Assembly (NCBI GenBank): GCA_045862955.1
Contig: BTVI01000001.1
Coordinates: forward strand, 64,001 to 128,000
Direction of reading: 5' to 3'
Source: Fimbriimonadales bacterium
Lineage (GTDB): Bacteria > Armatimonadota > Fimbriimonadia > Fimbriimonadales > JABRVX01
DNA length: 64,000 nucleotides
Part shown: piece after piece, positions 18,868 to 28,091 of the stretch
Layout of the letters: each line of letters begins with the position of its first letter
How positions within the stretch are numbered: the first letter of the stretch is position 1
Notes under the pieces: model-generated
Databases searched by the model: none
What the model was told of the DNA's origin: nothing
Seen by the model: only the letters and a program-made list of their open reading frames with translations
Made by a program: the position numbers and the translations under genes

Positions 18868-18939
18868 GATACCGGAGCCTCCGATGACTCGGATACCGGA
18901 ACCTCCGATGACTCGGATACCGGAGCCTCCGATGACTTG
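18868..18939. repeat. 3 x 24-bp tandem repeat
   Basis: GATACCGGAGCCTCCGATGACTCG at 18868, 18892 and 18916, with at most one mismatch per copy. Confidence 0.9.
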
Positions 18940-18958
18940 GATGGTTGGCTGTCCCTAC

Positions 18959-21352
18959 GTGGCCCTACTCCTCAAGCTCCTCGTGCTCGTTGTCATGCTG
19001 CTCGTTGCCTGCGCAGTTGCAGCGGAAGACGTGCATCTGAGGTTCGTCGTGTTCGACGGCGACCAGGGCTTGCGTGTGCTGCGCGAGGTCGTGCGCGAGT
19101 TCGAGAAGGTCCATCCCGGAATCAAGGTCAGCTTGGAAAACGTACCCTACGGCTCGTACTTCCAGAAGCTGTTAGCGCAGTATGCGGCCAACGTTGCGCC
19201 GGACGTCGCCATGATGGACTTCGTCAGTTTCCAGAAGCTGGCACGACGCAAGGCCATTCTCCCGCTCAACCAATTCTTCGAACAGACACCCGGGTTCGAT
19301 ATCAACGAGTACTACCGGCCCATCGTACAGGCGCATTCATTGGGTGGTCAGCTATACGTATTGCCTCGCGACATAGCACCCATCGGACTAATCTATTACA
19401 ACAAGAAGATCTTCGACGAAGCGGGGCTACCGTACCCGGATGGAAGCTGGACTTGGGACTTCGAGCCTCGACCGCACCTCCGCGAGAAGTGCTTCACCTG
19501 GACCATGCAGTACCTCACGAAGCGCGACGCGCAGGGACGGATCGTGCACTGGGGCTTCACGCCCGGATGGATGACTGCGTTCGCCGACTTATGCACCTTC
19601 TCGACGGGCGCGCGATATGCAGATGACAACGAGTCGGTTCGACGGGTGCTCTACGACGATCCGAGGGTAATACGCGCATACCAATTCGTTGCCGACTGCG
19701 CGCTGAAGCATCACTGGATGCCTACGCCGACCGAGATCACGTCAGTTATGCAATCCAACGCCTCGCAGCTATTCCTCAGCGGCAAAGTCGCGATGTTTCA
19801 GTCCGGCATCTGGGAGGTGCCTCGGTTCCGGGAGGTATTGCGCCCTGGGGCGGAGGGCTTCTTCGAGTGGGATATCACGCTAGCACCAGCCTTCAAGGAT
19901 GGCACGCGCGCGGCGCCTACCGGCGGATCGGGTTATTCGATCATGTCATCCACGAGGCACCCGAGAGAGGCCTGGTTGCTTACCAAGTGGATGGCAGGAG
20001 AACCGGGCATGGTAGCGATGGCACGAGCCGGTCTCGCTCAACCTGCTATCCGGAGGCTGGCCATCCGCGAGCCGTGGATTCCGGGACCTAACACTCCAGT
20101 CGAACAACGATACCCAGCGAACCGCATCGTCACCGACCAGGCAGTACCCTACGTCGTGTTTCCACCCACCTCGGATAAGTGGCCGGAAGTAAGCAGCTAC
20201 GTTGCGAGCGAGATCGAGCGCATTTTCAATGGAACCTCTACTGCAGAAGAGGCGCTTCGCCGCGGCACCGCACGAGCACAAGCGAGACTAGACACCCTCT
20301 TGAAGGAGGAGCGCCTGCCCAAGTTCGACTGGTGGCTGGGAGGTGCCCTATGCACGGGACTGCTCGCCGCCGCCGTCGGCTGGGTGTATTGGCCAGAGCG
20401 AGGACGTCGGCTTACACGAAGAGAGAAGGCCGACAACCGCGCTGGCTACCTACTTATCAGTCCGTGGATCATCGGCATGATAGTGTTTACTGCAGGCCCG
20501 ATGGTGCTCTCCCTGCTTATGAGTCTGTCCGACTGGGATATTATCCAACCTGCGAAGTGGCGAGGTGTGCAGAACTATGTCGAGGCTTTCGGTGAGGATC
20601 CGCGCTTCTGGATCACGCTGAGGGTTTCCGCGGTCTACACGCTGGTATCGGTTCCCCTCGGTATCATCGGGGCGCTGATGCTCGCGTTGCTGCTGAACAC
20701 CAAGGTCCGTGGTATGCCAATCTACCGCACCTGCTTCTACCTTCCCGCGCTGGCGAGTACGGTTGCGTCGGCCCTCATCTGGCGCCGCATCTTCCAGCCC
20801 GAGGGGGGACTGCTGAATCTGCTCATCTACGGCGCGGACGGCAAAGGCAACTTTCTCGGGCTTGCCACCTTGCTCTCACCGTTCTCCACCGATGGTCAGC
20901 CCGTCAACTGGCTCGGCAACGAGCACCTGGCGCTCCCCGCACTCATCATCATGTCACTGTGGGGAGTAGGTGGTGGAATGGTCATCCTGCTAGCCGGCTT
21001 GCAAGGCATTCCGGAGTTCTACTATGAGGCGGCGACGCTGGATGGTGCTGGCTGGTGGGCACGGTTTCGCGCAATCACCCTACCGCTCCTAAGCCCTTCC
21101 CTATTCTTCACTCTGGTAACGGGTGTGATCGGTAGCTTTCAGGTGTTTACGCAGGCATTCGTCATGACCGGTGGAGGTCCGAACGACGCGACGCGCTTCT
21201 ACATGTTGCACCTCTACGAGCAGGCTTTCGGCTCGCTGCGCATGGGATACGCCTCCGCCCTCGCATGGGTGCTCTTCGTAGTAATCCTGGGCTTCACCCT
21301 GCTGCAGTTCCAGCTCAACCGAATCGTGTACTACGAGGCGGGCGGACGATGA
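18959..21352 (+). CDS. Sugar ABC transporter: solute-binding protein fused to MalF-type permease
   Basis: Signal peptide, SBP_bac_1-like region (APDV…LIYYNKKIFDEAGL…F.SGKVAM), then permease with EAA loop LAGLQGIPEFYYEAATLDGA. Start uncertain (18941 or 18959); the upstream ORF extension is translated repeat DNA. Confidence 0.88.
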   Translation: MALLLKLLVLVVMLLVACAVAAEDVHLRFVVFDGDQGLRVLREVVREFEKVHPGIKVSLENVPYGSYFQKLLAQYAANVAPDVAMMDFVSFQKLARRKAILPLNQFFEQTPGFDINEYYRPIVQAHSLGGQLYVLPRDIAPIGLIYYNKKIFDEAGLPYPDGSWTWDFEPRPHLREKCFTWTMQYLTKRDAQGRIVHWGFTPGWMTAFADLCTFSTGARYADDNESVRRVLYDDPRVIRAYQFVADCALKHHWMPTPTEITSVMQSNASQLFLSGKVAMFQSGIWEVPRFREVLRPGAEGFFEWDITLAPAFKDGTRAAPTGGSGYSIMSSTRHPREAWLLTKWMAGEPGMVAMARAGLAQPAIRRLAIREPWIPGPNTPVEQRYPANRIVTDQAVPYVVFPPTSDKWPEVSSYVASEIERIFNGTSTAEEALRRGTARAQARLDTLLKEERLPKFDWWLGGALCTGLLAAAVGWVYWPERGRRLTRREKADNRAGYLLISPWIIGMIVFTAGPMVLSLLMSLSDWDIIQPAKWRGVQNYVEAFGEDPRFWITLRVSAVYTLVSVPLGIIGALMLALLLNTKVRGMPIYRTCFYLPALASTVASALIWRRIFQPEGGLLNLLIYGADGKGNFLGLATLLSPFSTDGQPVNWLGNEHLALPALIIMSLWGVGGGMVILLAGLQGIPEFYYEAATLDGAGWWARFRAITLPLLSPSLFFTLVTGVIGSFQVFTQAFVMTGGGPNDATRFYMLHLYEQAFGSLRMGYASALAWVLFVVILGFTLLQFQLNRIVYYEAGGR

Positions 21353-22209
21353 GCCGACGAGGACACGACCCAATGCTGCTGATCCCGCACCTGGGCAAGT
21401 TCTTGGTGCTCGGGCTGTTGGTGGTGGGGTCATTGGTGTTCCTCACGCCGTTCTACATCTCGGTAACCATGTCGCTCAAGTCCGCTGCCGAAGTAGCACA
21501 GACGTCGGTGTGGTCGCTGCCTAAATCGGTGACTCTGGAAAACTACCGCGAGGTGTTAGCCAACCCGAATGTCAGCTTCCTGCTCTTCTTTCGAAATACG
21601 GTAGTGATCGCTGGGTTCTCCACGTTGGGAGTGGTGCTCAGCTCTAGCATGGTAGCCTACGCATTTGCTAGGGTGCAATTTCGAGGGCGCGACAGGCTCT
21701 TCATCGTACTGCTGAGCACGATGATGCTGCCCGGCATTGTGACGATGATCCCTACTTACGTGCTGTACAAGTATCTGCACTGGGTGAATACCTTCTATCC
21801 CCTCACGGTACCTGCTTTCTTGGGTGGAGGGGCGTTCAACGTGTTCCTTCTGCGGCAGTTCTTCTTGAGCGTGCCGGTCGAGTTGGACGAAGCGGCGAAG
21901 CTAGATGGAGCCTCGCACTGGACGATCCTTACTCGCATAATCATGCCGCTGTCTGGTCCTGCGCTTGCCACGGTGGGTGTGTTCACGTTCATCGGTAGTT
22001 GGCGCGACTTTATGGGACCGCTCATCTACCTGAACGATGTGAACAAACAGACGCTGGAGCTCGGCCTTAGTACCTACGCCTCGCTCCGAGCGGAGCAGTG
22101 GCATCTGTTAATGGCAGGTAGTGTACTCGTAACGATCCCGCTCATCATCATCTTCCTGATCGGCCAACGATACTTCGTCAAGGGGATCGTGATGAGCGGC
22201 ATGAAATAG
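21349..22209 (+). CDS. Carbohydrate ABC transporter permease (MalG-type)
   Basis: AYAFAR…FRGR, FLLRQFF…ELDEAAKLDGA and QRYFVKG; ATGA overlap with the upstream stop. Confidence 0.93.
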   Translation: MSRRGHDPMLLIPHLGKFLVLGLLVVGSLVFLTPFYISVTMSLKSAAEVAQTSVWSLPKSVTLENYREVLANPNVSFLLFFRNTVVIAGFSTLGVVLSSSMVAYAFARVQFRGRDRLFIVLLSTMMLPGIVTMIPTYVLYKYLHWVNTFYPLTVPAFLGGGAFNVFLLRQFFLSVPVELDEAAKLDGASHWTILTRIIMPLSGPALATVGVFTFIGSWRDFMGPLIYLNDVNKQTLELGLSTYASLRAEQWHLLMAGSVLVTIPLIIIFLIGQRYFVKGIVMSGMK

Positions 22210-22217
22210 GTGCTGTC

Positions 22218-25200
22218 ATGATCGCATTCGTTGTCGCACTCTCGCTCAGTGCCGTATCCCAGGAAACAGCTCGGCTAGACGACTTCGAAGATCTATCGTC
22301 CTGGAGGCCTATCACCTCCGAGGGAGTGGTGCTTCGCCTATCCCAGGCGGAAGGGAGGACCGGCAAGGCGCTTCGCATGGAGTACGACTTTCAGGGCCGG
22401 GGCGGATTCGTGATTGCCGAGAAGCGTATCTCCCTGCCCCTACCCGAGAACTACGAGTTCAGCTTCTGGATACGGGGAAAGTCGCCGGTCAACAACCTGG
22501 AGTTCAAGCTAGGCGATGAGAGCGGCGAGAACGTGTGGTGGAACAACCAGATCGGCTACGAGTTCCCCAGCGAGTGGACGCAGGTGCGGCTACGGAAGCG
22601 ACACATCCGCTTCGCATGGGGGCCTCGAGGTGGAGGGGACTTGCAGAAAGCTGTCACCCTGCAGTTCGTAGTTGCCGCATACACCGGCGGCAAGGGGGAG
22701 GTACTCTTCGACGACCTTCGGTTTCGCGAGCTTCCACCTGTTAGGAGTTACTCCGGTGTGCCTGCGGTGTCTGCGTCGAGCGAGGTGCGCGGCTTCCCGG
22801 CTCGCAACGTGACTAGTGGGGATCGCGGTTGGCGTTCTACTACCACGGGCGAACAATGGATAGCGCTCGACTTCGGCCAGCAGCGTGAGTTCGGCGGTCT
22901 CGTGCTGCGATGGGATGAACAGAGGTATCCCACCCGATTCCGCATCGAGGGCTCTGATGATGGACGGTCTTGGAGCACACTGGAGGAGGTGGCGCAAGCG
23001 GCGGGTGGAACGACCTACCACTATCTGCCCGACTCGGAGGCACGACACCTTCGCATCGTGATGCATGACGGGCCCGGTGGTTGCTACCACCTGAATGCCC
23101 TGGAAGTGAAGGATTTGTCCTTCGGTGACGGGCACAACGCCTTCTTCAGAGCGATTGCCAAGGATCACCCACTCGGTTGGTTTCCGCGAACGACGCGTGG
23201 GGAGGCAGGGTATTGGACGGTGGTAGGCGCTGCAGGCGGGCAACGCGAGGCACTAATCAGCGAGGATGGTGCAGTCGAGCTGGACAAACGCAGCCTCTCG
23301 CTGGAACCGATGCTGTATGCAGACGGCAGGCTATGGACGTGGGCCGATGGGCAGACCACCCAAGGACTAGACGGTGACACCCTACCCCTGCCCTTCGTGA
23401 CACGAAGCCACGGGTCATTCGAGCTTCGAGTGACACCGTTCATGACCGAAGATGATTCGGAGACCCTTTGCGTTACCTATGAGATCGCAAACCGAAGCCC
23501 AGATACGCGAACATGCACGCTCTACGTCGCATTGCGACCGTTTCAGGTGAATCCACCATACCAGATGCTGAACACGATAGGTGGGGTGACACCGATTCGC
23601 CGCCTGTCACTCTCGCGCGATCAGGCACTCATCAACGACTCGGTTCGGCTGGAATCCGTCCCACCGGCCACGCGCGTCGGCGCCGCCCCGTTTCATGTGG
23701 GTGATATCACCAAGTACCTGGCGCAGAACTCCCTGCCCGACCGCGACGATTTGACGGACAGCTTCGGGTTTGCATCGGGAGCCTTCGCTTACGACCTGCA
23801 ACTTCGGCCCTGGGAGCGCATGAGCGTCACGCTGGTCTCGCCACACTCCGACAAACCGACGGCGCTTCGTACTCAGAGAGATCTAGACATCCAGCGCATG
23901 AGGGCTCGCGGTGTGTGGCGTGCGAAGGAGGCTGGCGCAGCCGTCTCACTGCCAACGGCCGTAAGAGACTATGAGCGGCTGCTGAAGGCCAACATAGCGT
24001 ACATACTCGTGAATCGGGACGGACCGGGCATCCAGCCCGGCTCGCGCTCCTATGAGCGCTCTTGGATGCGCGACGGCGCGCTAACATCGGCTGCACTCTT
24101 ACGGTGGGGATGCACCGAGGAGGTCCGGCAGTTCATCGAGTGGTTCGCATCGTACATCCCGCCAAACGGCGCGGTGCCCTGCGTGGTGGACCGCCGCGGT
24201 GCCGACCCGGTGCCGGAGCACGATAGCCACGGGCAGTTCCTGTACATCGTGGCCGAGTACTACCGATTCACGAAAGACCACGAGTTCTTGGAGCGCATAT
24301 ACCCCACCGTGTGTAAGGTGGTGGATCACATCCGCACGCTGCGCGCGAAGCGCATGACGTCGGAGTATCAGACCGAGGAAAAGCGTGCCTACTATGGGCT
24401 GATACCCGAGTCGATTAGCCACGAAGGATACTCCGCCAAGCCCATGCACTCCTACTGGGACTGCTTCTTCATCGCCAGGGGCCTGCGCGACGTGGTCGAG
24501 ATTGCACGCGCTCTCGGAAAGAACGACGAGGCGGATGACTTTGCAGCCCTCGCCGCCGACTTCAGTCGAAGTCTTCGAAACTCGCTGGATCTAACCATCG
24601 AGAAGCACGGCATAGACTTCGTGCCGGGGTGTGTAGAGCTCGGTGACTTCGATCCTACGTCCACTGCCATCGGTGTATTCCCGTGTGCAGTAACGGACTG
24701 TGTGCCGGCAGAAGCCCTCGAGCGCACCTTCGACCGGTACATGGAGTTCCACCGGGACCGTGCGTCGGGCCGCAAGCCGTGGGACGTCTACACCCCCTAC
24801 GAAATCCGGATCGCGAGCGCCCTACTTCTGATGGGTCGGCGGGACCAGGCGCACGAGATACTCGGCTTCTTCCGAACGCACGTTCGGCCACCAGGCTGGC
24901 TCCACTGGGCCGAAGTAGTGCGGCGCGATCCGCGGAAGCCTGGCTTCATCGGCGACATTCCCCACACTTGGGTCGGGTCGGAGTTCGTCAAGTTCGTGCG
25001 CAACGTGCTGGTGTACGAGGACGACGACCGCGGCGCTCTGGTTCTGGGTGCGGGCATCCTGGCGGCTTGGTTCCAGGACGGAGAGTGCATAAAGGTGGCA
25101 GGATTGCCGACTCACTTCGGTAAGGTCTCCTACGAGGTTGCTGCCGAGGACGACGTCATCGTGTTCTCGGTGCGCCAAGCCCCCGCAGCCCCTGGCGGCA

Positions 25201-25322
25201 TCGTCGTCAGAAGTCCGTACGAGCGCACGGCCCGAGCGACGGTGAATGGGCTGCCCGTCGAGCTACTCGACAACGGCGTAACCATCGAGGGCCCCGCCGA
25301 AGTGCGATTCTGGCCCCGCTAG
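22218..25322 (+). CDS. Exported multidomain protein: CBM-like + F5/8 type C (discoidin) + six-hairpin glycosidase-like domain
   Basis: Signal peptide; LDDFED… galactose-binding-like domain; WRS…EQWIALDFG…GSDDGRSW discoidin; YERSWMRDGA and EHDSHGQ (alpha/alpha)6-type motifs. Confidence 0.75.
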   Translation: MIAFVVALSLSAVSQETARLDDFEDLSSWRPITSEGVVLRLSQAEGRTGKALRMEYDFQGRGGFVIAEKRISLPLPENYEFSFWIRGKSPVNNLEFKLGDESGENVWWNNQIGYEFPSEWTQVRLRKRHIRFAWGPRGGGDLQKAVTLQFVVAAYTGGKGEVLFDDLRFRELPPVRSYSGVPAVSASSEVRGFPARNVTSGDRGWRSTTTGEQWIALDFGQQREFGGLVLRWDEQRYPTRFRIEGSDDGRSWSTLEEVAQAAGGTTYHYLPDSEARHLRIVMHDGPGGCYHLNALEVKDLSFGDGHNAFFRAIAKDHPLGWFPRTTRGEAGYWTVVGAAGGQREALISEDGAVELDKRSLSLEPMLYADGRLWTWADGQTTQGLDGDTLPLPFVTRSHGSFELRVTPFMTEDDSETLCVTYEIANRSPDTRTCTLYVALRPFQVNPPYQMLNTIGGVTPIRRLSLSRDQALINDSVRLESVPPATRVGAAPFHVGDITKYLAQNSLPDRDDLTDSFGFASGAFAYDLQLRPWERMSVTLVSPHSDKPTALRTQRDLDIQRMRARGVWRAKEAGAAVSLPTAVRDYERLLKANIAYILVNRDGPGIQPGSRSYERSWMRDGALTSAALLRWGCTEEVRQFIEWFASYIPPNGAVPCVVDRRGADPVPEHDSHGQFLYIVAEYYRFTKDHEFLERIYPTVCKVVDHIRTLRAKRMTSEYQTEEKRAYYGLIPESISHEGYSAKPMHSYWDCFFIARGLRDVVEIARALGKNDEADDFAALAADFSRSLRNSLDLTIEKHGIDFVPGCVELGDFDPTSTAIGVFPCAVTDCVPAEALERTFDRYMEFHRDRASGRKPWDVYTPYEIRIASALLLMGRRDQAHEILGFFRTHVRPPGWLHWAEVVRRDPRKPGFIGDIPHTWVGSEFVKFVRNVLVYEDDDRGALVLGAGILAAWFQDGECIKVAGLPTHFGKVSYEVAAEDDVIVFSVRQAPAAPGGIVVRSPYERTARATVNGLPVELLDNGVTIEGPAEVRFWPR

Positions 25323-25364
25323 CACGTTTTTGGGAGGATTCTCGACGATATCGGCGTTCAGCAC

Positions 25365-25422
25365 TTGCCGTTCAGCGGAACATGTGTTATCATAATCCTG
25401 CGTTGCTGAAAGCATTCAGCAA
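25365..25422 (+). promoter_or_regulatory. Promoter plus palindromic operator upstream of the secreted tandem-domain protein
   Basis: TTGCCG-17 nt-(TGn)TATCAT at 25365-25393; TTGCTGAA-AGCA-TTCAGCAA at 25403-25422. Confidence 0.7.
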
Positions 25423-25450
25423 GCCAATCTAGACGTGGAGCGAGAGGACG

Positions 25451-27163
25451 ATGATGTCACGCACTCTGGGCGCCCTGGCCCTTGCCGCGCTGAGCGCCAC
25501 TTTGGCCAACGCCCAATTCTCGTCGATCAAAGTTATCGAAAGGGTTTGGAACGATAACCCCAGCTCCGTGCTGACGGTCACGAACAACTACCCCGTGAGC
25601 GTTCAGTTCGCGGAGACCGGGCTCAACAACGGCATCAACCGCCATCTATGGTACTTCTCTGGGGATGGCGGAGCAACGGAAGCGACTTTCAACAACACGG
25701 ATTACTGGCATGTCGCCATGGACGTGAAGATTGACCCGACCCCGAGCGGCACTCCTCGTCAGGAAGCCGGCATTTATTTCAACTACAACGGCTGGGACGG
25801 CGTGATGATGGTCGCGTCCGACGGCGAGGTTGCTTGCTTCGGGTACATCCTGCCATTCTGGTCCGTCCCGAACGGCTACACAGCCGGCACGACCATTCGT
25901 ATCGGCATCCGATACTTCTACGATCCCGTCGAGGGAAAGAACAAGTTCGAGTATTACGCCGGCAACAATCGCGTGATCCTCACACCGGGCAACCTGGAGC
26001 AGGGAATCATCAACGGCACCAAGATCGGTGCGTACATTCAGCACCAGGGCTCGGCATCGAACCCGCGCGACGTGACGACCACCATGAGCCACATCGTCGC
26101 GGGCATGGACGACGTCGACTTCGCTTCGGTGCGGATCATTCCTCGGGTCTTTAACGACAATCCGCTCTCGAATCTAACGATTACTGACCAGTACCCGAGC
26201 TACCTCGAGTTCCTGGAGACTGGGCTCAACGTGTGGATCAACCGCCACGTGTGGTACTTCTCTCCGGACGGTGGCGCCACCGACTCGTCCTTCGACAACA
26301 ACGAGTACTGGAACATCGCGATGGACGTCACGATAGATCGCCTGCAGGGCTCGGTCCATCGGCAGGAAGCAGGCATGTACTTCAACTACAATGGCTGGGA
26401 CGGCCAGTTCATGGTAGCGTCCGATGGCGAGGTGGCGGTCTTCGGCTATATGTTGCCATTCCACACTTTCGGCAACATCTACACGGCCGGTGACACGATC
26501 ACCATCGGCATGCGTTACTTCTACGATCCGACGGACGGGTTGCGCAAGCTCGAGTACTATGCCGGCGATCAGGTAGTCGTCAAGGTCCCCGACAACGCCG
26601 AGCAGGGACTGCTCGACGGCACCAAGATTGGCGGCTACGTGCAGCACTGGGGATCGTCGAGTGACCCGACCGATACGATGACAACGATTAGTCACATCAC
26701 TGGCGTGAAGCTGGAGGCAGCGCCGCCGGTCGCTACGCTAGAAGGAACCGTGAACCTCGACCTGTTCGTGGGCGATCCTGCCACGCAGTCTGCGAACCTA
26801 GAGCTTCGCTCGCCGGGAACGCAGACTGTCTTGTACAGCTACCCAATCACCCTGTCCGGCTTCAGCGGTTACCTCGTTCCGAATGTCGCGACAGGAACCT
26901 TCGATATCGCACTGAAGTTCCCGCACTTCCTGCGGTCGGTTGCGACCAACGTGGTGTTGGGTCCCGGCGCGAACTACCAGGACTTTAATGTCACCAACGG
27001 CGACGCGTTCCCCGACAACTCGGTGGGGCTGCAAGACCTGAATGCTGTGCTCATCAACTTCGGTGGCGCGGATGCGCTCTCGGACCTGGACGGAGACGGT
27101 ACGGTCGCCATCGGTGATCTGAATATCATCCTGATTAACTTCGGCAAGGTAGGCGACCTGTAG
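25451..27163 (+). CDS. Secreted protein with two ~195-aa duplicated beta-rich domains and a C-terminal dockerin/EF-hand-like module
   Basis: Signal peptide (…LANA-Q); duplication RVWNDNP…NRHLWYFS…FNYNGWDG / RVFNDNP…NRHVWYFS…FNYNGWDG; tail NGDAFPDNSVGLQDLNAVLINFG…DLDGDGTVAIGDLNIILINFG. Confidence 0.85.
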   Translation: MMSRTLGALALAALSATLANAQFSSIKVIERVWNDNPSSVLTVTNNYPVSVQFAETGLNNGINRHLWYFSGDGGATEATFNNTDYWHVAMDVKIDPTPSGTPRQEAGIYFNYNGWDGVMMVASDGEVACFGYILPFWSVPNGYTAGTTIRIGIRYFYDPVEGKNKFEYYAGNNRVILTPGNLEQGIINGTKIGAYIQHQGSASNPRDVTTTMSHIVAGMDDVDFASVRIIPRVFNDNPLSNLTITDQYPSYLEFLETGLNVWINRHVWYFSPDGGATDSSFDNNEYWNIAMDVTIDRLQGSVHRQEAGMYFNYNGWDGQFMVASDGEVAVFGYMLPFHTFGNIYTAGDTITIGMRYFYDPTDGLRKLEYYAGDQVVVKVPDNAEQGLLDGTKIGGYVQHWGSSSDPTDTMTTISHITGVKLEAAPPVATLEGTVNLDLFVGDPATQSANLELRSPGTQTVLYSYPITLSGFSGYLVPNVATGTFDIALKFPHFLRSVATNVVLGPGANYQDFNVTNGDAFPDNSVGLQDLNAVLINFGGADALSDLDGDGTVAIGDLNIILINFGKVGDL

Positions 27164-27189
27164 TCTGCCGCGCTGATAGATGCTCCTAA

Positions 27190-27219
27190 AGCGGCCCCGG
27201 CGAATGCGCCGGGGCCGCT
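27190..27219 (+). terminator. GC-rich 13-bp stem-loop after the secreted protein gene
   Basis: AGCGGCCCCGGCG-AATG-CGCCGGGGCCGCT; no U-tract. Confidence 0.55.
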
Positions 27220-27446
27220 GCTCCAAAGCTGACGAGGGCCGGCGCGTCGAGTAGTGTTCGGCCGCAGTCCTGCGGGTGGTGGGCATGGTAGCGCGCTGTC
27301 CCATACGGGCGCCCCCTTTTACCACTCGAGAGCAGCAGCCCAAGACAGCCATGCCACCGGCCCGCCACCCGCTCGAGCGTGGCCGGAAGGCTGGGCGCAT
27401 GCTTGGGTAGAATCGCGCAATCCAAGAACCGGGGGGTTGTGGGGAC

Positions 27447-28088
27447 ATGCCTCCTCCAGTCAAAGTGCCTTTGCCCACGTTAGAGCGTCTGGCAACGTAC
27501 CTGCGTCTGCTGTACGAGCTAGAGCAGCAAAACGTACCGACGATCTCGTCCGCGGATGTGGAGCAGCACACCGGGATTGCCGCGCCGCAGTTCCGCAAAG
27601 ATCTTTCTTACTTTGGCGACTTCGGCAAGCCAGGCGTCGGATACGACGTCGCGGCGCTTTTAGCCTCTATTGCCCGCATTCTCAAGGTGGATCGAGCACG
27701 ACGCATCCTGCTCATCGGGACGGGAAACCTGGGTGCTGCGCTCATCGGGTATCCCGGCATGAGCGAGCACAACTTTCACATTGCAGCCGCATTCGACAAC
27801 AATCCGGCCAAGGTGGGGCAGCGGTTCAGCAACCTGCACGTGCGAGATATTAGCACCCTAGCACACGCGAACCGCGAGATCGGTGCGAAGATGGCTATTC
27901 TCGCCGTGCCTGCCAGCGCTGCGCAGGAAGTGGCGGATGCATGCGTCGCTGCGGGTGTCGAAGTGATGCTGAACTTCGCTCCCACCCACATCCGGGTGCC
28001 CAGCCACGTCCATGTTCGTAATGTGTCGTTCCTCCAGGAGCTTGCCGTGCTGTCATACAACCTGGACGACCGCGATGCCGAGACGTAG
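27447..28088 (+). CDS. rex: Redox-sensing transcriptional repressor Rex
   Basis: PTLERLATY, FRKDLSYFGDFGKPGVGY, Rossmann IGTGNLG and LNFAP. Confidence 0.93.
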   Translation: MPPPVKVPLPTLERLATYLRLLYELEQQNVPTISSADVEQHTGIAAPQFRKDLSYFGDFGKPGVGYDVAALLASIARILKVDRARRILLIGTGNLGAALIGYPGMSEHNFHIAAAFDNNPAKVGQRFSNLHVRDISTLAHANREIGAKMAILAVPASAAQEVADACVAAGVEVMLNFAPTHIRVPSHVHVRNVSFLQELAVLSYNLDDRDAET

Positions 28089-28091
28089 AGG

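Noticed and set aside
18432..18939. Possible CRISPR array
   Set aside because: The sequences between repeat heads are near-identical rather than unique spacers, the period is 108 bp, and there are no cas genes in the window.
18227..18958. 240-aa N-terminal extension of the transporter ORF and ORF 18334-18831
   Set aside because: These translate repeat DNA and the extension overlaps the upstream gene; the signal peptide only begins near 18959.
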